A stretch of DNA of 61,796 nucleotides, counting the filler, from Sphacelaria rigidula (lineage: Eukaryota), in NCBI GenBank assembly GCA_964200075.2. It is 8 parts of 8 records of this genome, joined end to end, with 100 filler letters (N's around TTAATTAATTAA, not from the genome) between each part and the next. Parts side by side here need not be neighbours in the genome. Positions count along the whole stretch, not along the records: positions 46,425 to 54,060 come from CAXNAA020013997.1; positions 54,161 to 61,796 come from CAXNAA020013998.1; 6 more parts are not named here. The stretch is one strand, 5' to 3'. The notes below the pieces were generated by a model. It saw only the letters and a list, made by a program, of their open reading frames with translations, had not been told where the DNA came from and ran no database searches. This document shows positions 52,880 to 61,796 of the stretch, one piece after another. Positions within the stretch are counted from its first letter, which is position 1; each line of letters begins with the position of its first letter. Made by a program: the position numbers and the translations under genes.

Positions 52880-53209
52880 GGGGGGAAGGAGAGGGGCTTA
52901 CTTTTAACCCCTCATATTCCCGGGACGAGTCCGTGGTCTCAAGGGATCAGTAACCCATCCATCTCCCGTACTCGCCTTGCATATTGGAATCGCGGATTGG
53001 ACCAGCACTCCCGCATCGCGCATCGAATCCCGGTCACCAGATAAGGTTCTTTGCTACTCAGGTTCTCACTCACGCTCACTCACGCTTTCGACAACGGAAA
53101 TGAAATACCTTCTCAGAAAACAAAACAAACGAACGCACGTACCGGGAATCGAACCAACATTTTCCCGATCTAATGGTGTAGGTTGTACCAATGGACCACC
53201 GGGGCGACT
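52880..53209 (-). mobile_element. tRNA-derived SINE; body shared with ~43490-43560 and ~56000-56075
   Basis: Head gtcgccccggTGGTCCATTGG...GGTTCGATTCCcggt; body motif ccttgagacca.(g/t)gactc.tcccg recurs in three contigs. Confidence 0.65.
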
Positions 53210-53316
53210 TACGCATACTCTACAATCATTCCGGCATCGTATTACACCTCCCCTTACCCCTTAACCCTTGCCCCCCGCGCGCTTTCTCCGCGCTGCTTTC
53301 GATCGATGTCATACAG

Positions 53317-53473
53317 GAGGAGCTCGCGTCTTATCTGAACACCCATCTGGCAGGGGACGCGTTCCTGAACCATTTGCTGCCGTTAGACCCCAAGGGCGCG
53401 GACGTTTTGGACAGGTTCCAGGATGGCATACTCCTGTGTCGGCTCGTGTGTCTGGCCATTCCCGGCGCGATAG
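53317..53473 (+). CDS. Exon encoding a fimbrin/plastin-type calponin-homology (CH1) domain
   Basis: EELASYLNTHLAGDAFLNHLLPLDPKGADVLDRFQDGILLCRLVCLAIPGAI(D) resembles plastin IN..L..D......P......LF....DG..LCK.IN...PDTID; cag acceptor and G/gtga donor. Confidence 0.75.
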
Positions 53474-54580
53474 GTGATCCATGACCTACCGCACATGCCA
53501 TCCCATCTCTCTGTCTGCGTGCCAGTGCCCGTCTCGGTATGCGGAGTTCATCAACCCCTCCACTCTGACACAAAGAGTCAGCCACGGGATCTCTCACATA
53601 TTTTGGCGATCATATCACACACCGCCCCAAGCAAGGTGTGCCTTTGGGAGAGATGTCTGAATGGCATACATATATCGTGGAGTTCTATTATGGTGCAGTG
53701 GTACGGGATATATTAGCAGCGTCGTTTTTTTCTCTCGCATTGTAGAGTCGAGTATCAAAACCTCGTGGATATGCTTGATATATCTGTACTTGCTCTGTGC
53801 CATGAGTGGAGTCCGTTATCTTCGCGCGAGCCCTTGAGCGCGCCCAATTCCGTAGGCGATCGTGTTATTGAAATCTTTGGTGCTTCTTGAGTTGAAGCCT
53901 CCATTTTGATGTTTATTCGCGCGTCAGTCACCCTGCAAGGGCAAACAGCCGAAAAACAACCAGTCGGTCCGAAAATGGCAGTATTCGCCCCGATTCCTAT
54001 TCGGGGAGGGGGAAGGGCGTACTCACGATCCTGCAAGCCGTAGTCACGTACGGGGGGAGGNNNNNNNNNNNNNNNNNNNNNNNNNNNNNNNNNNNNNNNN
54101 NNNNTTAATTAATTAANNNNNNNNNNNNNNNNNNNNNNNNNNNNNNNNNNNNNNNNNNNNCCCCCCCCCCCCCCGTCCCCCCGAAAACGATCGAAGGCAC
54201 TTGCGGACGGTTCTTCCCTCTGGTTTTTGTCGCATACTGGCTAGCCTCCTCAAACCTCATTTCATCGATCAACCTCATTTTATAGAATCCCCTGCTGAAT
54301 GATGTCACCATGCGGGTAGATGAATCACCATAAGCCCCCACGGCCTCTGGTGATATGATTGACACATCCGTTTTGCGTGACGGAACGAAAGACAGTTGCT
54401 AGGAACGTCCGTAATAAGATATCTCCATCCTCTTAATCCCGTGGGAGACAACCTTCACTACAATGTTTACCCCGAAATCGAGCACAAGCTGCCTTTCATC
54501 CGTGTGACTCGCTAACCCGAGCCGACTCTTCTACCTTGCGCCGAGAAACAACCTCCACCACTGCAAAGCTCACACCAAAA

Positions 54581-55330
54581 TCAAGCATGAGCTGCCGCCT
54601 CTTCTCCGCGTAGCTCGCTAGCTCGGGCCAACTTGTCCAGCTCCCGCGGAGACAATTATTACCAGTCTCGGTCCGTGTACCGTACCCGCCAGAATTTGTC
54701 GCGGCAGTCCAAGACCTGGCCGTTCAGTGTCACGTCGCCAAACTTTTTGTGGAAGCAAAAACGTATGGGGATCAATTTCAAGGCATCACTGCGAGCGAGG
54801 GGGTTCGAGCGCTTGTCTGACTCAGTACGCCGTTCATCGTGCAACTCTGGGTTGTACAGATGTCTTGAAGCATGGTAACCGTCCATTTGGAGGGATATGA
54901 AACTCTTCAACACCTCGCCTTCCGATACCCAGTCCGATACTACACCCGGCTGTAACACTGCCTTGTACTCCCATGAACCGCTTCCTACTTCGGGATACAC
55001 TCTACGGCAATCAGCCACTGTGCACCACGAGATGGGCGAATCAGGTGAGGTGGCAACCTGGAAATCGGGTCCCCATGCCAACTTTGCGAACTCGTCTCCC
55101 AAGGATTGACTGAGATGTGTTGGGCGTGTGTGAAACGGCTTGACCTCTGATATGGCTACTCTGCGCTTGCGTATTTTCCGCTCCTGCATGGATACCTCTG
55201 TACTAAGACCTGCTTGCAACAACCCCATTTGCTACCCAAGGGCCCCTGTATCTGTCGCGCAGGAGTTTTCTTCCTCGCCCTTCACAGCGAATTGTGCTCT
55301 CCGGTTCTCGCACCATATGTGCACTACGGA
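54581..55330 (-). mobile_element. Decayed Ty3/Gypsy pol C-terminus: GPY/F module, chromo-like segment and Tudor-like segment
   Basis: VREPE...KLLRDRYRGPWV [frameshift] ...VAISEVKPFH, then VADCRRV...WEYKAV...DWVSEGE, then KKFGDVTLNGQVLDCRDKFWRVRYTDRDW**LSPREL; original stop probably at 54581-54583. Confidence 0.7.
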
Positions 55331-58300
55331 CAGTACTGCTTGAATGCTCCTTGGATTCAGCATATGACGATACGATAAACGAGGTAATTACCGTGACGGA
55401 CAAACTGTTGGGTGTATGGACCACCAACGTCTCGGTTTCACCACCGTTGGCTTGTCGTTCTCGTACCATGACTAGGTATGGATGTGATTCTCAGCGTAAG
55501 GTAATTTTTGTACCGGACATCCCCAACCCCTTCGTGGTCACTCTGTTTGGCTACCTGGACACGATCAGCTTTAGCCTGCCGTTGCTCTGAGGTCGAAGTG
55601 GGTCCTGCTGGTAAGCGATAGTTGTGGGGGACTTTTGGCTTCCAATGGTAGCTGTATAATACAAGCGGGTGTCTGATTTCTATGAACATCTGGATTTGAA
55701 TAGCTCACTGCGGTTTGGATATAGGCGGATTGTTTTACACAGCTTTGCCTGCAATCGATGCACACACGGCTTGAGCCTCTATTCGTGAGAACATGCAGGA
55801 CAAAGGTGTAGTGTGGCTGCCTTCTCGGGGGCTACTAAGCCAAATTACATAAAACTATTGACTTCGCTCGGGGTCCGGAATGCTTCAGGTATATTTTCTC
55901 GAGGAACCTATCAGCTCAGATTGTGAACCTTTTTGTCTGTCAGACACGAAAGGTGGGCTTGGAATTGATGTAACGTTTCCTGTCAATGTATCAAGACGCG
56001 TACCGGGGGGAGATGGGTTGGTTCCTTGAGACCAGGGACTCGTCCCGAGGAAGGGGAGGGGTTCAAAGTGCGGCAAATGAAAAAATAAAGTATCAGCTCC
56101 ATGTCCAGTTTGTCGATTCGACAGTATCCGGCGAGGATGTAGCGTTCTACCCACTCTTGATCGACAGTTTACGAACACGGGTTCGGTGTTCAGATTATTA
56201 GTCATGGAATAAACTGGCAATATCACCGGCCACTGTTGGACTAGTGAGTAAATAAGTGCTGCATATTTTCTCTTTATTTGGCCTTCCTTTTTCATTCCTT
56301 TGTTTTCTTTTGCTTGTTGTCTCCTTTGGTTCCCGTATTTGCCCTTCCTCAGGTTTCCCTCAGGAAACATTTCCGTCTTCTTCCGTTGGGCCTGCCTTTC
56401 GCAGCAGGTCAAGGGGACAATCGATCGATCAGTTAGTCAATATGTTTCTCGCGAGTAAGGGCGTCAACGCTTATTCGGGGTGGGTGGACTGTGGCTTAGG
56501 CCAAAACTGCAAGACAGTAGTAAATAGTGCACCGATCTGAAAAAAGCGAGAGTCTTATCGTCGAGAGCCTAAGAATGTGTCCTGCCATGCTCACGCGAAC
56601 TATTCCGCCCCTTGGTCTTCAGCCAGAACCATCCTCCGATACGAACTCCCGAAAACACATCAGCAGCAGAGTTCATGACTGCTCAAATGCATGCTGCTCG
56701 GTGTGCACTCGACGGTTCTAACTGCTTCACCGATCTCAACATGAAAGATGCTCTCAATCCTTCATGGCCACGGTCCATTGGGCATCTTCAAAACAATTAG
56801 GCGGTGCTATACTGCTCTTCCTGCAGTGATCTACATGCAAGGACCAAGACAAATGTTGTTCTCGTCGCACGTTATCAAAGCTGCGGGTACTGCTCACACA
56901 CCCACATGTATAACAATCATGATGCTACGGCATCTGGTGCTAGAGAAGGAACACGATCCCCGGGCGAACGGCGTACGGAATAAAACACCACCAGAAAGCA
57001 AAAAAAAAGAGAGAAGCAGATCATGAGCAAACAGGAAATCGATAGAAAATAACGTCCTCGTAACGAAGATGAGCACTCGAGAACAAAATGACCATAGAGC
57101 CACTAATGCCGCTATGAACATTATGCCTCAACCAACAAAAGCGCATTGCACGCTTGACGTGTATCACATCACACAATCCTTCAACATTCAAACGTTATTT
57201 TTTTTTAACTCACGACGCCCTGGAATGCTCGGAAGCCTTTTGTAGGACATACCACCCCACCCCCGAATGATAACCCGCGGAGACAAAATCCTTGGCTGGC
57301 CTTGCCAATGAGCAGTTCAGCATCGTAGATTAGTTGCATACGACCATGGCAGTTTTTCCACATCCGACGAATGGTAGATGAACGCTTCGTCAAGTGTAGT
57401 CTAAAAAAAACAAAGATGATGTCGATACTTTGAGCGGAAAAACCCGATCACCTCGTACGAGATATTCTGTACTTAACGGGATAGATGATGTGGCTGAGCG
57501 TGATGCCATCACCCACTCTACACGCCCCCAGCTATCACCTATGGCCACCCTCTGTACACGGAGCTACGACCGTCCAAAGCTCTCAAGTCGCTGTCAAACC
57601 CGTAGGGTGTGTGAATGCGTGTGAGTGGGGGAGCATTGTCCGAACGTCGCCCACTATGTGATCGCTGTATCACCGGACATACCCTGTGTGCCACCCCCTG
57701 AGTAACACCCACAGGTGATGAATTTTCGGATCTCAGAGGCAATCATGACCCGGGGGAGGGTATACCGTGGTACCCACCATATAAAGTCATGACATGCGTT
57801 TTACCATGTATGCAGGAAGGGTGTACTTCATGATCACCCGAAAAGTACCTTGTGAAAACGTGGCCGACACAGGTGACTGATGGGTGCATATTTCCATTGG
57901 TCACATATGACTCTAGCCGACATCTACTCCCAGAATCTTGCATTCAACTCCCCGAAGTCACAAACCGTTAACCGTTGACTCTACAATGTGTTCCCCATAT
58001 TTGATTGAAGCGACGGTCAATATCCCTGCTCGTCATGACGCCCCATGATCCCGACGACAGTACGACACATCGCGTGTGGGACTGTTGCTGTCGCAACTCA
58101 AATGGTGATGTGTTCGGTGTGCTATATGTAGATACAATGGTTCATTCGGGGTGTGTATCTACATCTTGTACATCTTCGTCCCATCTAAAACTCGCGTGCG
58201 TCGCGGATTTTCCCGTCTCGGATTGACTTGCGCATGATCAGGATAACCGCCGCTCCTGTCAGGGAAACAACAAGCGAGACGCGGAAAAGTACACGCGTAT

Positions 58301-60511
58301 AAATAGCCACACGAAAGATTCCGAGACGCCCGGATTGAAACGGCCACAACTCCAGTATTGTACGGTACCGGCGAATACGAACGTTATTTCACCCGCAACA
58401 GGAACCATAGGGGGAAAGGAATGGGAGATGGCGCAGAAGGGAAAAAGAGCAAAATAATTCTCGAGCATACAAAAAAACATGGGCAAAAGAAGAGAGGGAG
58501 CAAAGAGATTTTCGTGGGTAGGAAACATACGATTCACCTGCGAGGACGCCTCCGAAGTGAGCGGCGTGGTCGATGCCAGCAACGCCTCCCCCTGCCAACA
58601 TGCGGACCTCCGACCGAACGCTGGGCGTTACGCAAAGCAATGACACGGGTGGGGTTTTCTTGCGTTCACTTCTTTCCGCACGGAATATCAGAGCAACCGC
58701 CAGCTCTTCCCAAAATCTAAAACGTTTTTGCGCTTGCTAGCACCACGTTCGTTTGTTCACTCGTCATTAAGTGTTCATGTGACGCTCACAGGAGGCATCG
58801 GAATATACAGTACCTGTACAATATTCGGCCCGATGTTGTAACGATACATCAGCAACGCATACCATGCGTGTGGAAAGCTAGTACAATTGTTTGTATCAAT
58901 CGATGAATGGTATGGTATGCTCGCAAAACATGAACCGTGTTGAAGGATGAATCTTTCGAAGCGTCAATCTACACTCCGCGGAAAAACATGTGTGTGGATG
59001 ATGACAGGACAAGTGAAGTGCTTCACCTTTCAACAACGAACCATCCGAACACCGCTGCCTCCACAAGCTTGCGCAGGCCTCCCTCCGAGTGCGCGTGTAC
59101 CCCCGTATTGAACAACTGGGGAATGAAATATTTCACAGCAGGTGCACACGAAACCGCCGTCAACAATATTTCCCCTCACAGCTCTCTAGCGCGAAAATAT
59201 TGCGATAATTTGTCACCCGGTTTCATTGTTTGGAGTCAAAATGAAGAACGGACTGTGACGTTGACTTCCGAGTCGTCGCAAAACAAGCGTGCTGCTTGGC
59301 ACTACATTTTGTGCTCGCACGACATCGAGGCAGCATGTGACGCGAATACCACCAGCTTCGCATTTCAAACGTTTCGTCAGACTATTGCACATCGAGAAAG
59401 TGAAATTACTGTTTTTCCTGTTTGTTTTATTTCGCCCTCCTCTTCGTGTTTTCGGTATCGCGTCTGCGTGAATTTTCCTGGGTCCAAATTGATTTGTATG
59501 CTTTTTTGTTATACCCTATTTGGGATAGTTAGTCTGTAACCACGTAAGGCGTCCGCACCAGATGCCCAGTACAGAGTACCACGCAGATATCGGGACGGCT
59601 TTCAATGTAAAATCAATGGCAACGGCTGCACACATGCAGCAACACTTTAGCCATAACACACATACGGAAAAGGTGCTGCTATACCTCGAAAATATTAACG
59701 GACATTGTTGGACTCGAAGGTCGGCTACTCGTCCATCGCAGACGTCGCACAAGGGGTCTAGATTGAAAGTTATTCCACGCCAGGAGGTGGGGGGGGGGGG
59801 GGGGTATGTGGCCCCTTCATGTGAAAATTCGGGAACAGAAAAGATCCACCCCCGCTGTGAGATAGCTCTCTGCAGCTGCCTGTGTAATATGGCCGTCTAC
59901 ACCGACACCGACAGCATTCCACAAAGTCGTTATCGCTGTACACATCGGAGTTGCTATTTCATTTGCACAACAAATCGGTCCACCCCATATCACGCTCCTC
60001 TCTGCGCGGGACACGGCTTCTGGGTGAACCCAAGCGGGGGTGCTACATCGAGTCACAGAGATACAATGGTTAATTACACTCGAAGGTCGCTCGCGCGTCT
60101 TCCGCACACCTCGCAACTGAAATGGACCCTTCCGGCGATCAAGTTTAGGGATAGGACAGTGTGAGTGTGTGTGGGGGGGGGGACTTCCGATACCTTGGGG
60201 TTTCGCATTACTCGTCGTGAGCAAGACGGCGCCATCTGCATGGTGCTTGCTTACAGGTGCTAAGGCTGCTGCAGAAGTGCCAGCCGATGGTTGTCACGTT
60301 TTTGTTATGTATCTGGTGCAAATTTAGAAGCATCCTAACTCTCGGCAAGACAACGCAGTGCTACCGACGGTCTCTTCATTGACTCTTCTTGACAGACACC
60401 GCGGCTCTCAGGGGCCCAGCGGCCCCTGATACGGGGAAAACGGCGTTACAGTTATCCCAATTGTTTGCTCGCACCCTGAAATCAGAAGTCGAGCCTGCGG
60501 CTATTGCTCAT

Positions 60512-60955
60512 AACAGCCGATCGTCAAAATTGAGGGTGCAGTTTTTCTTTGAGGATGACAACCCAGAGGATTGAAATCTTCGTATCCATACCAAATCTTC
60601 GAAACATGGTTCCATTCCTTCACCTACTGGTAGCTGTGGACAACTGCTATACGCCCTACAAAATTGGATTTTGATAACCGAAATGTTCGAGTCCTCCATG
60701 AAGAAACAATTTTGGGAAATGTAGGTAATCCGATGGGATCGCCGAAATTCCCCGAAATTGATTTTCCACCTATGACCCCACATTACCGGTTATCGAAATC
60801 CAAATTCGTATGACGCGTACTACTTGTCAATAGCTACTAGTCGGTGAAGGAATGGAACCATATTTCGAAGATTTGTTGTGGATACAAAGATTTTAATCCT
60901 CAGGGTTCTCATCCTCAATGAAAAGCGCCATCCTCAATTTCGATGGTTGGCTGTT
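60512..60955. mobile_element. ~445-bp MITE with ~125-bp TIRs
   Basis: aacagccgatcgtcaaaattgagg...tcttcgaaacatggttccattccttcacc vs ggtgaaggaatggaaccatatttcgaaga...cctcaatttcgatggttggctgtt. Confidence 0.85.
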
Positions 60956-61796
60956 TCATACGTTATGTTATTATCCCAGGGTCACGCGTCGTGCGACCGT
61001 TTTCAGCCACGCGGTGGGTACACGTGCGACCCGCTGTTTCCAGCGTCTTCGAGATGAGTCGGTATCTCACCGCTGTGACCACCCGCACGACTGCTACAGT
61101 CGAGATTGCAGCAACTTTTGCTCACTTGCAGACATCCTGTCGTGCGCCGGTAACATACGATGAAGAGCCATGATACAGCAGTGCATTGACCGACATTAAT
61201 ACGATGCACGGGTGATGTAAGGAGGAGAGATACTTCTTCACTCCACACGTGTTTTTCGCTGCCGCACCCTGTTTCGATTCCCGGTTGGGACCGACAAGAG
61301 GTACAATACCAACACAACTATACCTTTCCCAGAACGCATATGCTGTAGAGTCCAAATATGGCACCGCTAGCCCCACAGCTGTACGTAGCGCGCGGCATGC
61401 TGAGTATGCTGACGATGCTGGAAACGAGCCCGCACATGAGGAAGCAAAATAGCATGCCTGGATCAAATATAAAACAAAATACGCCCCCAAAATGGACGGC
61501 ACGGCGGGCGGGGATGCGACGAGGGGGTGCGAATTACGGCCTGAACCCCATCAGCGCCCTTAGATAGGCCCCTTCGCCTGGTCTAATGTTCTGGTGAACG
61601 CAATAACCGCTCAACAAATGTCCACACTCTGGGGGACAAACGGCAAAGCCACGGTGTTCGTTGTGAAACACAACAAACTGGGTTGACCTCTCGAGGCTGG
61701 GGACTCGTCCAGAGGAAGCGGGGGGGGGGGGGGGCGGGCTTATTTGTTGGTTCACCTATTAGTTTGGCAATTGACCACACATCCCTTTCGGTGCTG

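Noticed and set aside
56500-61500. ORFs of up to 200 aa and possible upstream Gypsy remnants
   Set aside because: No convincing motifs; consistent with decayed repeats or chance ORFs.

Overview
This is eukaryotic draft-assembly sequence, not one locus. Eight unrelated contigs of about 7.64 kb (1-7638, 7739-15376, 15477-23113, 23214-30850, 30951-38587, 38688-46324, 46425-54060, 54161-61796) are joined by artificial 100-nt N44-TTAATTAATTAA-N44 linkers. Short exons in long repeat-rich GT-AG introns and a stramenopile-type plastid presequence suggest a brown alga (Phaeophyceae); this is inference. Recognisable coding pieces are two EFL1/RIA1 exons, the first exon of a chorismate mutase head-to-head with a three-exon BABAM1/MERIT40-like vWA gene, a GCPW-type ankyrin-repeat exon, a fimbrin/plastin-type CH-domain exon, an RTE LINE ORF, and a Ty3/Gypsy integrase tail with chromo-like and Tudor-like modules. 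MITEs, hAT-like elements, tRNA-derived SINEs, foldbacks and minisatellites are abundant. The most notable item is invisible in the ORF track: five phase-consistent minus-strand exons in contig 2 splice into a protein with the layout of a bacterial beta-class N6/N4 DNA amino-methyltransferase whose catalytic and SAM-binding motifs are both degenerate. It is preceded by five tandem C-S-x-C-K-A-H repeats. All assignments are by eye; no searches were run.
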